From positions 106,942-170,941 of the forward strand of contig SIBS01000001.1 in NCBI GenBank assembly GCA_009695045.1: a stretch of DNA of 64,000 nucleotides, written 5' to 3'. A program made the position numbers and the translations under genes. Shown here piece by piece: positions 28,452-40,159 of the stretch; position 1 is the first letter of the stretch; each line of letters begins with the position of its first letter. The stretch is from Candidatus Levyibacteriota bacterium (lineage in GTDB: Bacteria > Patescibacteriota > Microgenomatia > Levybacterales > UBA12049). The notes under the pieces are model-generated. The model saw only the letters and a program-made list of their open reading frames with translations, did not search any database and was not told where the DNA came from.

Positions 28452-29501
28452 ATGATTAATAATTATATTTTCGTAATATTACCTTTTATTGTTGCATTAA
28501 TTACCACTATTATCGCAACACCAATATCACTTATATTTATACGGAAATTAAAACTGATCGATGATCCAGCAAAACATAAACATCCAGCAATAATTCATAC
28601 AAAACCGATTCCAAGAGGTGGAGGAATACCGCTTTTCATAGGTATTATTGTTGCATCTTTATTTTTTCTACCATTCTCGCTAACTACAATTGCGTTATAC
28701 ATAGCCTCCTTTATATCTCTTTCTATTGGCGTCGTTGATGATAAGTTTGATATATCCCCATATTTTAGATTTTTTATAAATATAATAACCGCTATTATTG
28801 TAGTTACAAACGGTGTAAGTATTGCTTTTATCACAAATCCACTTGGTGGAATATTGCATTTAAATACAATTGTTAACTTTTTTGGTTTTCCTATATTATC
28901 TATAATTATTTCTGTTTTATGGATTGTATGGATAATGAATATGCTTAATTGGAGCAAGGGAGTAGATGGGCAAATGCCTGGAATCGTTGCTATTTCAGCA
29001 ATAATTATTGGCATTCTAAGTCTCCGATTTAGCGATATGGATACAAATAGCCTTATTGCCACAAAATTATCATTTATTATTGCAGGAGCTAGTATTGGAT
29101 TTTTGCCATTTAATTTCTTTCCTGCAAAAATTTTCCCAGGATACGGAGCAACAAGCATATATATATTACTTGCTGCAGTCTCCATTCTCTCTGGTGCTAA
29201 ATTGGCAACCGCTATCTTAGTTATGGGAATACCGATGGTAGACGGTATATTTACTATTGGAAGAAGAATTATTTCAGGACAATCACCATTTAAGCATGAT
29301 AAAAAACATCTACATCACCTACTTCTGCGATTAGGATTTACTCAGCCTAAGATTGCATTGTTTTACTGGGCGATATCTGCTATATTGGGGACAATTTCAT
29401 TAATGCTTTCAAGTCAAGGAAAAATATTTGCTATTATTATGCTTATTACCGTAGTAGGAGGAATATTACTTTTTCTACATAAAGTATCTAATTATGAATA
29501 A
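28452..29501 (+). CDS. Glycosyltransferase family 4 polyprenyl-phosphate N-acetylhexosamine-1-phosphate transferase (WecA/TagO/MraY superfamily)
   Basis: DDxxD (VVDDKFD), NxxNxxDGxDG-like (NMLNWSKGVDGQ) and C-terminal SPFKHDKKHLHHLL motifs. About 10 TMs. The location in a glycan cluster rather than a dcw cluster argues for WecA-like rather than MraY. Confidence 0.75.
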   Translation: MINNYIFVILPFIVALITTIIATPISLIFIRKLKLIDDPAKHKHPAIIHTKPIPRGGGIPLFIGIIVASLFFLPFSLTTIALYIASFISLSIGVVDDKFDISPYFRFFINIITAIIVVTNGVSIAFITNPLGGILHLNTIVNFFGFPILSIIISVLWIVWIMNMLNWSKGVDGQMPGIVAISAIIIGILSLRFSDMDTNSLIATKLSFIIAGASIGFLPFNFFPAKIFPGYGATSIYILLAAVSILSGAKLATAILVMGIPMVDGIFTIGRRIISGQSPFKHDKKHLHHLLLRLGFTQPKIALFYWAISAILGTISLMLSSQGKIFAIIMLITVVGGILLFLHKVSNYE

Positions 29502-30435
29502 AATATTATATAACACTTTGCGGTTACTTAGACCTAGGCAATGGATAAAAAACTTTGCAGTTTTTGCTGCAATTCTCTTTGCTGGAAAATTATTTGAGAT
29601 AAATCCATTAAGTAATGTTATTAGTGCATTTTTTATTTTTTGCACTCTCTCTTCTTCAGTTTATATAATTAATGACATTTTTGATCGCGAAAAAGACCGG
29701 ATGCACCCTTTTAAAAAATTCCGCCCACTCGCGCATGATGATGTGCCATTAGTATTTGCAATTATTGTAACCATTTTGCTTATATTAATATCATTTATCT
29801 GGGGAAGTACCATAAACTCGACATTTATGCTATCTATATTTATATATTTACTACTTCAAATACTGTACTCTGCCTTACTCAAGCATATTGCCATAATAGA
29901 TATTTTGGCTCTAGCATCGGGATATATTATTCGTGTATACGCAGGTGAATTTGCATCTGGATTACACATCTCTGTTTGGCTACTTCTTACAACTATTTCA
30001 CTTTCTCTTTTTCTTGCAATTGGCAAACGTCGAAGTGAGTTAACTCTAGCATCGAGGTATTCAGATTTACAAATTTCAAAAATGAGAAAATCACTTTCTC
30101 GCTATTCAGAGCCCCTATTAAATGTTTATGCGTCTATTTTTGCAACTTCCACGTTTATCTCCTATTCACTATTTACATTTCTTGAAAGCCAAGGGAGATT
30201 TAAGGCATCGCTTGAAGTATTAATGCCAGAATTTCTTCCAGAAATATTTCAAAAAAAATGGCTTATGATAACTATTCTACCAGTAGTTTATGGGATAATG
30301 CGATATCTACAAGATATTTATGAAAAAAATGAAGGAGAAAGTCCAGAAAAAGTACTTTTATCAGATATTCCACTTATTATTACTATATTTATTTGGTTTT
30401 TTCTAGTTATATTATCTCTTTATGTTATTGGCTAA
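29494..30435 (+). CDS. UbiA-family prenyltransferase, decaprenyl-phosphate phosphoribosyltransferase (DPPR synthase)-like
   Basis: First Asp-rich motif NDIFDREKD (NDxxDxxxD), 8-9 TMs and a length of 313 aa, typical of the UbiA-superfamily DPPR-synthase clade. Confidence 0.65.
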   Translation: MNKILYNTLRLLRPRQWIKNFAVFAAILFAGKLFEINPLSNVISAFFIFCTLSSSVYIINDIFDREKDRMHPFKKFRPLAHDDVPLVFAIIVTILLILISFIWGSTINSTFMLSIFIYLLLQILYSALLKHIAIIDILALASGYIIRVYAGEFASGLHISVWLLLTTISLSLFLAIGKRRSELTLASRYSDLQISKMRKSLSRYSEPLLNVYASIFATSTFISYSLFTFLESQGRFKASLEVLMPEFLPEIFQKKWLMITILPVVYGIMRYLQDIYEKNEGESPEKVLLSDIPLIITIFIWFFLVILSLYVIG

Positions 30436-30437
30436 TA

Positions 30438-31337
30438 TTACTGACTAATTTTCTTAGTATATCCTGCGCTTATCCATCCAATTTCACCATCATCCATTTC
30501 TATCTTAATCCACCCAGATTTTTCTTCAATTATTTCAAGTACTTCTCCAGAACTTAACCTACCAATTTCATCACCACTCACCGATGCAATCTTTCTCACT
30601 CGTAAAAATCCTGTTGAGGTCTGAAGAATAGATATCTTTTGCAATACTGTAATTATCTTAGCAGAGCTCGAAGCTATTGGTGTTGGTGTTAATAAAATAT
30701 CTCTAATATCTACTGATAACGTAATAGATAAAGTTACTTTATAACCATTAACTGTATGGATCTTTACCTTTTTGTCCTTATAGCCATTTTTTGTTATCTT
30801 TATTTCGTGATCAGATTCAGTAGGATTTTTTAAAAGATATGGCGTCTTAACTATCGAATTATTATCTATAAAAACGCTTGCATCATCAGGGGTAGACAAT
30901 ACTAAAATACTCATTTCTGTTTTTGAATCAATTGGAGTCAATGTAATAACACTTCCCTCTGATGTCGCACCCCTACCAAACAACCTATCCACAACGGTCA
31001 TTACGGATTTATTTATAACTATTTTTTCCTGATAACTAGGCAATTCAGACTGCATAGGGACTATTTTTAAAGTATATTTTCCTACCGGAATCATATTATT
31101 TTCATCACACTTACATAGAGGTGTTTTACCGATCATATTTCCATTAAGAAAAACTGTACTATTGGGAGTAGCTGTGACCTGCAATGCACCCTTTTTTCCA
31201 TTTTGCGAAATATAATACTGAACTGCTAAAAAAACTATAACGGCTAAAATAATAGGGATGAATATAAGTAAGAATTTCTTCATATTAAAGAGGCTTAGAA
31301 TACTTACTATATCATAAAGATATAGATTTGCAAACAA
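30438..31337 (-). CDS. Membrane-anchored PEGA-domain protein with a C-terminal bacterial SH3-like domain
   Basis: N-terminal TM, two PEGA-like beta-sandwich repeats (VFLNGNMIGKTP, VFIDNNSIVKTPY) and C-terminal SGDEIGRLSSGEVLEI...GWISAGY resembling SH3b. Confidence 0.45.
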   Translation of the reverse strand: MFANLYLYDIVSILSLFNMKKFLLIFIPIILAVIVFLAVQYYISQNGKKGALQVTATPNSTVFLNGNMIGKTPLCKCDENNMIPVGKYTLKIVPMQSELPSYQEKIVINKSVMTVVDRLFGRGATSEGSVITLTPIDSKTEMSILVLSTPDDASVFIDNNSIVKTPYLLKNPTESDHEIKITKNGYKDKKVKIHTVNGYKVTLSITLSVDIRDILLTPTPIASSSAKIITVLQKISILQTSTGFLRVRKIASVSGDEIGRLSSGEVLEIIEEKSGWIKIEMDDGEIGWISAGYTKKISQ

Positions 31338-31427
31338 AATAATTAATTATATTAAAAAATATTTAAATTTTTAAAGAGTTTTTAATAACTATTAGATCTA
31401 ATATAAATTAAGTATTGAAATATAAGA

Positions 31428-33396
<1,969 letters not shown>

Positions 33397-33567
33397 AAAA
33401 TTAAATATTAATTTATTTAAAATGATATTTTGAGATAAACAACTTGTAAATTATACACTAATTTGATATTTTTTGTCAATAACCTATATTTTACCTATCG
33501 CACTTGACACATTATTATGCCTTAAGATAGCATCGATATATACTACTTAGAAATAAGTGTTTTTTAT

Positions 33568-34794
33568 ATGGCTGGATCTGCAAAAAAATTTATATTAGTT
33601 GGCTTTATATTTATACTTCTTATTGCTATACCAGCAAGCGTTTACTTTTTACAAAAACCGCAAGAAACACAAACTGAAGCAGCTGCAGAAACAAAGTTAT
33701 CATTTGAATTGAAGAATCCAAATGAAAGTATAAAGATTGGTGATAATTTTGATTTAGACATCAAAATTTCTCCAGCAGGAAATAAGGTTAGCTATGCAAA
33801 AATTGTAATAACTTATGATACTGCTTATTTAACAGCGAAGGAACTAGACATAATTAATGATAGTACTCTTGGCTTAGCTTTAGTTGGAAGAGATGATTTA
33901 GCAACATCAGGATTTGCTTCAATAGAAATAATTGTTCAAGGAGGTAAAACAATTAATGAAATTCAAAAAGTTGCAAGATTGACTCTTAAGCCTATACAAT
34001 CAACAGGAAATTCAACTACAACTGTAAAAATCAATAATATAGGAACTATCATAAAAGGAAATCTTGATAGTATCAATACTAATGCCCTTAATGCTGTTGG
34101 AAGTGAAATTAAAATTAAAATAGATCCCGCATCAATTACTCCCACTAGTATTCCCACGTCAGTATTTACGCCACCATCTTGTTTTTCCTTAACGACTGAC
34201 AGAACTCCAAATGGCGTATCTCCTTTTGATATTACTATTGGTGCAGTTGCAAATAAAGGTACTAACAATATAGTAAAAGCGACATTATATTTTGGCGATA
34301 CGAAATATACAGATTTTGAGAGCGGAACATTAGGAAATGATCCTTATACTGCAAGAATAACAACAACTCATAAATATGATAATCCTGGAAACTTTAACAT
34401 ATCTGTTATATTTACAGATTCTAGTGGGGCAAAAAGCAATGCATCTGATTGCACTAAAATAATAACAGCAGCCTCTAATGCGGGCTTTATTTTTCCAACC
34501 AGCATAGCTACGCCAACATCTATCAACTCAGCTACCATCACTATGGGCCCAACTAATACTGCTACTAACTCAGCTACCATCACTATGGACCCAACTAATG
34601 CTGCTACTAACTCAGCTACTATCACTATGGACCCAACTAATGCTGCTACTAACTCAGCTACTATCAATCCATCTGATACCATTATTCCAACGGCAACAAT
34701 TAAGCCAAATGGACCTGGAAATGGAATTATTGGAATCGGATTAATCGGAGCTATGCTTTCAATTATTGGTGGACTTATTTTCTTTGTGCTTTAA
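33568..34794 (+). CDS. Secreted/cell-surface protein with Ig-like beta-sandwich domains, a 14-aa tandem repeat tract and a C-terminal hydrophobic anchor
   Basis: N-terminal signal/TM, beta-rich domains, the repeat SATITMDPTNAATN x~3.5, and a C-terminal glycine-rich TM (GIIGIGLIGAMLSIIGGLIFFVL). Confidence 0.55.
   Translation: MAGSAKKFILVGFIFILLIAIPASVYFLQKPQETQTEAAAETKLSFELKNPNESIKIGDNFDLDIKISPAGNKVSYAKIVITYDTAYLTAKELDIINDSTLGLALVGRDDLATSGFASIEIIVQGGKTINEIQKVARLTLKPIQSTGNSTTTVKINNIGTIIKGNLDSINTNALNAVGSEIKIKIDPASITPTSIPTSVFTPPSCFSLTTDRTPNGVSPFDITIGAVANKGTNNIVKATLYFGDTKYTDFESGTLGNDPYTARITTTHKYDNPGNFNISVIFTDSSGAKSNASDCTKIITAASNAGFIFPTSIATPTSINSATITMGPTNTATNSATITMDPTNAATNSATITMDPTNAATNSATINPSDTIIPTATIKPNGPGNGIIGIGLIGAMLSIIGGLIFFVL
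34525..34668 (+). repeat. 42-bp direct tandem repeat, about 3.4 copies, inside the surface protein gene
   Basis: The unit aactcagctaccatcactatgg(g/a)cccaactaat(a/g)ctgctact is repeated head-to-tail starting at 34525, 34567, 34609 and 34651 (last copy partial). Confidence 0.85.
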
Positions 34795-36524
34795 CTACGT
34801 GAATCAAATCCTTCTATCATAGATAATAATGCTTCTTGAGAAATGTCTACTTTTGATGTCGTATATAATTTTGACTTACCTTTTTTTTGCTTATCAAGAA
34901 GCTTATCTTTTCTTGTTCTATCCCCACCAGACATTTTAGCTAAAACATCTTTTCTAAATGGAGATATTTCTTCACGTGCAATAATGTGACCATCTATTGT
35001 CCCTTGTATAACCTGACGGTATTGCTGCTTATTAAGAGACTCTTTCAATTTTTCAACTTTTATACGAGCTATGTATTGTGCCTCATCTTTGTAAACAAGT
35101 TCTGACAAAACATCAATTGCAGTATTGTTAACTAAGATGTCCAGCATAGCAAGAGACGCAGGAATATAGTCACCTAGTTCATAATCTACGCTTGCGAAAC
35201 CAGATGAAATTGTTTTTAGCTCAGAAACAAGTCCACGAATTAACATAACGTAAGGCATCTTATAGTAAAGTATTGCTTGATCACCCTGATATGCTATGTC
35301 TATAAGTTCACCTTTTCTTTTTTGACAAACAGAGATAACGCCTCCAACATATGAACGGGAAACAAAAACCGAAAGCTGCATATATGGCTCAAGCCATACT
35401 TCATCTTCTTTTTTATACAAAACGCGTGGCATCGTAAAAAGTAGCTCAAGATCGAACTCATCCCTTAGTCTTTCCTTAACTATTTCTGCATGTAAAAGTC
35501 CTAAAAATCCAATTCTAAAGCCAGATCCAAGAAATGCAGAATATTCATCTGCAAATGATAATGCAGTATCATTAAGACGCAACTTATCTAATGATTGCCT
35601 GAGATGCACTAGTTCATTTGCCTGCTTTGGAAAAACACCGAAGAATACCATTGGTTTTGGCATCTTATAGCCAGGAAGAGCTGTAGCAACGCTATCAGGA
35701 TGCACAATGGTATCTCCGACTCGCGACTTTTGAATGTCTTTAATGCCAGCAACTAAATAACCTATCTCACCGGCAGATATTCTACTCTGAGCCTCTAGAA
35801 AGGGAGTGAAGTATCCTACATCGTTAGCATCAACTATCGCCTGACTTTGAATAAATTGAACTTTATCACCTTTTTCTACAACACCGTCTTTCACGCGAAT
35901 ATAGGCAATAACACCCCTATGCTCATCATAAACAGCATCAAAAATTAAAGCACGAAGATTTACGCTGTCGGAAGTTGGTGGTGGAATCCTATCTATAATG
36001 GCGGCGAGAAGCTCATCTACTCCAATTCCTGTTTTTGCAGAAATATGTAAAATATCCTCTCTAGCAAAACCAAATGTATCATGAATTGCCTGAGTCACCC
36101 CCTCTATGTCTGCATTTTGCAAGTCTATTTTATTTATAACTGGTATTATTGTCAATTTTTCTCGCCTTGCAGCATTAAAATGAGCGACGGTTTGAGCTTG
36201 AATACTCTGCGTTGCATCAACTAGCAAGATTGCACCTTCGCATGCCGCTAGCGTTCTTGATACTTCATAGGAAAAATCTACATGACCTGGTGTATCAATT
36301 AAATTTAATATATAATTTGAAGAATTTAAATTATATTCCATTCGCACTGGTGCAAGTTTTATTGTAATTCCTCGTTCCCTGCTGATAGGATTTTGGTCAA
36401 GAAATTGTTCTTGTTTATCTTTGCCTATAACACCAGTCATTTCAAGAAATCTATCAGCAAGGGTAGATTTGCCATGATCAACATGAGCAATAATTGCAAA
36501 GTTTCGTATGTTTTTTTGACTCAT
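34791..36524 (-). CDS. lepA: Elongation factor 4 (LepA)
   Basis: GTPase motifs AHVDHGKST, DTPGHVDF and NKID, plus the LepA-specific C-terminal domain. Length 577 aa. Confidence 0.9.
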   Translation of the reverse strand: MSQKNIRNFAIIAHVDHGKSTLADRFLEMTGVIGKDKQEQFLDQNPISRERGITIKLAPVRMEYNLNSSNYILNLIDTPGHVDFSYEVSRTLAACEGAILLVDATQSIQAQTVAHFNAARREKLTIIPVINKIDLQNADIEGVTQAIHDTFGFAREDILHISAKTGIGVDELLAAIIDRIPPPTSDSVNLRALIFDAVYDEHRGVIAYIRVKDGVVEKGDKVQFIQSQAIVDANDVGYFTPFLEAQSRISAGEIGYLVAGIKDIQKSRVGDTIVHPDSVATALPGYKMPKPMVFFGVFPKQANELVHLRQSLDKLRLNDTALSFADEYSAFLGSGFRIGFLGLLHAEIVKERLRDEFDLELLFTMPRVLYKKEDEVWLEPYMQLSVFVSRSYVGGVISVCQKRKGELIDIAYQGDQAILYYKMPYVMLIRGLVSELKTISSGFASVDYELGDYIPASLAMLDILVNNTAIDVLSELVYKDEAQYIARIKVEKLKESLNKQQYRQVIQGTIDGHIIAREEISPFRKDVLAKMSGGDRTRKDKLLDKQKKGKSKLYTTSKVDISQEALLSMIEGFDSRS

Positions 36525-36576
36525 ATAGTTTGCAAAGTATAATTAGGATAAAGAGGAAATGCAAATAAAAGCATTT

Positions 36577-38235
36577 CTATAGCCTTGTTACACCTATTGC
36601 CTCATCGCTATTTTGTAGTATCTCACGCCAGTTTCCTAACTTTCTAAAAAGTAGCAAAAATGTAAATGCTTCTTTTACATTTAGAAACCATGTGAGAAAA
36701 AGATATATACATAAACCAATAAGTGAAGCAATAATAGTTATTATTAAGAGATTAATTGTGTGAGTAGTATCAAGGACTAACTGATCAAGTAATTTTATGG
36801 GAATATAGATCGCATAGCCAGTACATATTGTTGCTAAGAAAATCTTTGATAAAGATACTAAAATTTCAATCTTATTAAAACCGTTTACTTTTTTATTAAG
36901 AAAAATCATTAGTAATACAAGATTTATAATGCTACTTACTGAATATGCAAGCGCTATGCCTTCTATGCCAAGCTTATAATAAATAATTAAAATAAAGCCA
37001 AGTATAATCATAAGCAAAGTTGATAATGTCCCAATAAATAAAGGTGTCTTAGAATCATGCAGTGCATAAAATGCTCTCGAAACAAGACAAATAAGCGCTT
37101 GAGCGGAAATAGAAAATGTTAACACTGCAAGAGTTTTTCCAGTCAAAAGAGTTGCTCCCCAATCAAATTGTGGCACTCCATAAAGAATGCGCACTATTGG
37201 AATACGAAGCACCAACAAGAGAACAGAAAATGGTAAAACCAAATATGCTAATTGATTAAAACTAGTCATAAATATTTTCTTAAAACTCTCCAGCCTTGTT
37301 CGTTCCCTAGATAATACCGGAAATGCTGCCTGCGCAATTGCCTGACCAATAAGCGCTACTGGGGCAAATGCTATTGTCTGAGCATAATCAAGAATGACGT
37401 AATTTCTCCCTGGCGTGGATAAAAAAGATATCATAGTTACAGTTATTAATGTTCCTAACTGATATACTCCTATGGAAATAGTTCTTGGCCACATTAATCT
37501 AGAAACCTCTATTATCCCAGAATCAGAAAAAGACAATGATGGAATAAAAGAGAATCCAATTTTTCTAACCAATGGTATCTGAACAATAATAAAAAATATT
37601 GACCCAAATATAATTCCTATAGCTGGAGCATAAATACCAATCGAGCCAGAAAGAGCAACGATCCCGATAATGATTCCCATATTATAAAATGCACCAGCAA
37701 GTCCTGGGATAAGAAAATGATTATAAGATTGTAATAACGCAGAAAAAAAAGATCCGATAATAAATATTAATTGTCCAAATAAAATAATTCTCATTAGGTT
37801 TGCCATCAAATGCATCTGACTTAATGAAAAACCAGATCCAACATTAAATAACTGAAGAAAAAATGGAGCAAATATAAAAAGAACGATTGATATAGCGGAA
37901 AAAATAAACATTCCAATAGTAAGTAATGTGGATGCCATCCTATGCGCATCTTCATCTCTTGCTTCTGCAAGATAATCAGAAAAAATAGGAATAAAAGCAG
38001 ATGACAAGGCGCCTGCAATTATAAGTTGAAAAAGGAAATCTGGAAGTCTAGCAGAGGCCAAATATATACCAGTTATGTCAGATGCACCAAAAATACTTAT
38101 CAATAATCTTTGCCTTATGATTCCAAGTATTTGAGAAAGAATAATCGTAATCATTATAATTAGAGCTGCGGAAAGAATATTTGTTTGCCTTTGAGTAAAA
38201 ATTGATATGCTTCGCTGAAAAAAACTTCTATACAT
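36577..38235 (-). CDS. murJ: Lipid II flippase MurJ (MviN family)
   Basis: 552 aa with about 14 TM helices. MviN/MATE-like family features. Confidence 0.75.
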   Translation of the reverse strand: MYRSFFQRSISIFTQRQTNILSAALIIMITIILSQILGIIRQRLLISIFGASDITGIYLASARLPDFLFQLIIAGALSSAFIPIFSDYLAEARDEDAHRMASTLLTIGMFIFSAISIVLFIFAPFFLQLFNVGSGFSLSQMHLMANLMRIILFGQLIFIIGSFFSALLQSYNHFLIPGLAGAFYNMGIIIGIVALSGSIGIYAPAIGIIFGSIFFIIVQIPLVRKIGFSFIPSLSFSDSGIIEVSRLMWPRTISIGVYQLGTLITVTMISFLSTPGRNYVILDYAQTIAFAPVALIGQAIAQAAFPVLSRERTRLESFKKIFMTSFNQLAYLVLPFSVLLLVLRIPIVRILYGVPQFDWGATLLTGKTLAVLTFSISAQALICLVSRAFYALHDSKTPLFIGTLSTLLMIILGFILIIYYKLGIEGIALAYSVSSIINLVLLMIFLNKKVNGFNKIEILVSLSKIFLATICTGYAIYIPIKLLDQLVLDTTHTINLLIITIIASLIGLCIYLFLTWFLNVKEAFTFLLLFRKLGNWREILQNSDEAIGVTRL

Positions 38236-38271
38236 ATTGTATTTCTGAGTATAGCATGGTAAAATAGTCTG

Positions 38272-38550
38272 ATGCCACTAACAAAGTCTGCGAAGAAAAA
38301 ACTTCGCCAAGATGAAAAAAGAGAAATAAAAAGATTATCTATAAAAAATCTTTTAAAAGATATTGTAAAAAAAGCTAGAAAAAATCCGTCTCCTGAAAGC
38401 ATAAGGATAGCTACCAAAATAACAGATAAGTCCGTAAAGCTTCATCTTATACATAAAAATAAAGCAGCAAGACTAAAGTCTAGTCTTTCAAAACTTACCA
38501 CTATCAAAGATTTATCTAGGGAAAAGTTCAACAAAAAAACTATCCAATAG
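38272..38550 (+). CDS. rpsT: 30S ribosomal protein S20
   Basis: 92 aa, highly basic, with the characteristic SAKK..RQ..KR N-terminus. Confidence 0.8.
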   Translation: MPLTKSAKKKLRQDEKREIKRLSIKNLLKDIVKKARKNPSPESIRIATKITDKSVKLHLIHKNKAARLKSSLSKLTTIKDLSREKFNKKTIQ

Positions 38551-38623
38551 AAAGCCTCTATTTTAAAATATTTGAAGCTCTTTTGCTTTGACAAACAACT
38601 TACTTTAACCTAAACTATTTATA

Positions 38624-39169
38624 GTGAATAATAAGTCAAGTAACATAAATCTTATCAAAGGAAAGGGTGATGGATTTTTAGATAAATTTATAAAATGGGC
38701 CATTACAACTGGTCGCATTGTCGTTATCATAACTGAAATAATTTCTCTTGGAGCTTTTTTTTACCGATTTCCTCTTGATAGTAAAATTAATGACCTAAAA
38801 GACATAATCAAACAAGATGAAAAACAATTAAGCGAATTAGAAAAAAGTGAAAAAAAATACATGGATATTCAATTGAGATTAAAAAGAATATCAGAGATTG
38901 AACCAGTATCTCAAAAATTTGTAAATAAATTAAATTTATTAAAAGATATTTTTTTTGTAAAAAATAGATTAGCTTTTAATTCCATGAGCATTAAAGATAA
39001 TAAAATTACAATAAGTACACAAACTGATTCTCCCGTTGACGCTAAAAAAATTATTACAGAAATTAAAAAAATTGCTGGAGTAAAAAAAATAAGCGTAGAC
39101 TCATTTAGCAATAAGACTTCCATTTCAAAAATTATAATGACTATAAATATTGAGTTTAAGGATATATAA
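38624..39169 (+). CDS. PilN-like bitopic membrane protein (type IV pilus/competence inner-membrane alignment component)
   Basis: Short cytoplasmic N-terminus with an INLI(K) motif resembling the PilN INLLP PilM-binding motif, then a single TM, a coiled coil and a C-terminal beta domain. Confidence 0.4.
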   Translation: MNNKSSNINLIKGKGDGFLDKFIKWAITTGRIVVIITEIISLGAFFYRFPLDSKINDLKDIIKQDEKQLSELEKSEKKYMDIQLRLKRISEIEPVSQKFVNKLNLLKDIFFVKNRLAFNSMSIKDNKITISTQTDSPVDAKKIITEIKKIAGVKKISVDSFSNKTSISKIIMTINIEFKDI

Positions 39170-39183
39170 AAAATAAGATTATT

Positions 39184-39834
39184 ATGAATATAAATAATAA
39201 CTTTTTAAAAAAATTAAAAGAGCAAAGCTATGATAAATTTCCATCTAATCTGAAAGGGGATACTGCTATGTCAGTACTCTCTCTCGCCTTCACCATAATA
39301 CTGATATCATTCCTTGGCTTATTTGCGGTAAGCCCCTCAGTTTCTACAATTATAAAATTACGAAAAGAGATTTCTGATAGTGAAATAGCTCACAAAAATC
39401 TTCAAATTAAATTAAATAATCTAGAAACTTTATCCAGTAAATATAGTAAGATTATACCCGATATTAAATTTATAGATAAAGCATTACCATCAAGTCCACA
39501 GACAACAACATTAGCTGGAAAAATTTATAATGTCGCAATTAATAACTCTTTTCTTATTAAGAATATAAGTATTGGAGAAATTGAACTCATCAATGATAAA
39601 ATAATAAAAAAAACATCCAATCCTCTTTTCACCTTCATCATTAATGCTGAGAGCAATAATGATAATAAATCTTTAGACTTTATAAATGACATATCAAATT
39701 TTGATAGAATTATATCTATTAAATCAATTAATATATCTAAGGCTGCAGGTAAAGCTAATAAGGACAAAGGGTCAGCTGATGTAGATATAATCAAAATAAA
39801 CCTATCTGGAGAATCTTTTTTTTATAACAAATGA
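39184..39834 (+). CDS. PilO-like bitopic membrane protein
   Basis: Single TM (LSLAFTIILISFLGLFAV), coiled coil (EISDSEIAHKNLQIKLNNLETL) and a C-terminal ferredoxin-like region. Lies immediately after the PilN-like gene. Confidence 0.35.
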   Translation: MNINNNFLKKLKEQSYDKFPSNLKGDTAMSVLSLAFTIILISFLGLFAVSPSVSTIIKLRKEISDSEIAHKNLQIKLNNLETLSSKYSKIIPDIKFIDKALPSSPQTTTLAGKIYNVAINNSFLIKNISIGEIELINDKIIKKTSNPLFTFIINAESNNDNKSLDFINDISNFDRIISIKSINISKAAGKANKDKGSADVDIIKINLSGESFFYNK

Positions 39835-40157
39835 AGAGAAATGAAATAATTCTACTTTTAATCTCGGTCTTTAGTATTGTTATTTGCATAATTAGTTATG
39901 ATATATATTATCAAGCCTATAAGCATAATTCCGTGCAACTAAAACCTAAAAACACCAAGCCAATTAATGATAAATTTGATAATAATATTATAAATAAAAT
40001 AAAAACAAGAATACAAATTTCATTTGCCCCAGCTTATCCATCGCCCACAATAAGTATAATTTCATCTCAAAAAGAAACATCGAAGTCCTCATCCATATCC
40101 AATGAGATAATCTCTTCTTCCAGTGCAGTCAAATCAAATAATATTGAAGGTAAGTAA
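39831..40157 (+). CDS. Small bitopic membrane protein with an S-rich extracytoplasmic tail (possible PilP-like or pilus accessory)
   Basis: 108 aa with an N-terminal TM and an S/T-rich C-terminus. Overlaps its neighbours by 4 nt. Confidence 0.25.
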   Translation: MKRNEIILLLISVFSIVICIISYDIYYQAYKHNSVQLKPKNTKPINDKFDNNIINKIKTRIQISFAPAYPSPTISIISSQKETSKSSSISNEIISSSSAVKSNNIEGK

Positions 40158-40159
40158 TC

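Noticed and set aside
28595-29185. 196-aa minus-strand ORF inside the WecA/MraY-family gene
   Set aside because: Antisense to a gene that has all its family motifs. Likely a chance open frame.
28452-29501. Possibility that this GT4-family gene is MraY itself
   Set aside because: It sits in a glycan cluster rather than next to murF/murD/ftsW, and its C-terminal SPF..D..HLHH motif fits WecA/TagO better. This cannot be excluded without profile comparison, so it is annotated at the superfamily level.
33397-33567. CIRCE-like operator upstream of groES
   Set aside because: No TTAGCACTC/GAGTGCTAA inverted repeat is visible in this spacer, only AT-rich sequence. Recorded as an absence rather than a feature.
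33963-34682. Two minus-strand ORFs (101 and 104 aa) with VAELVAALVGSIV repeats
   Set aside because: They are the reverse-complement reading of the 42-bp tandem repeat and neighbouring sequence of the surface-protein gene. The repetitiveness is inherited from the sense strand.
36525-36576. Hairpin GAAATGC-aaataaaa-GCATTTC between murJ and lepA as a terminator
   Set aside because: The stem is AT-rich and weak and is not followed by a clear U-tract on the minus strand. It is more likely part of the lepA promoter/RBS region.
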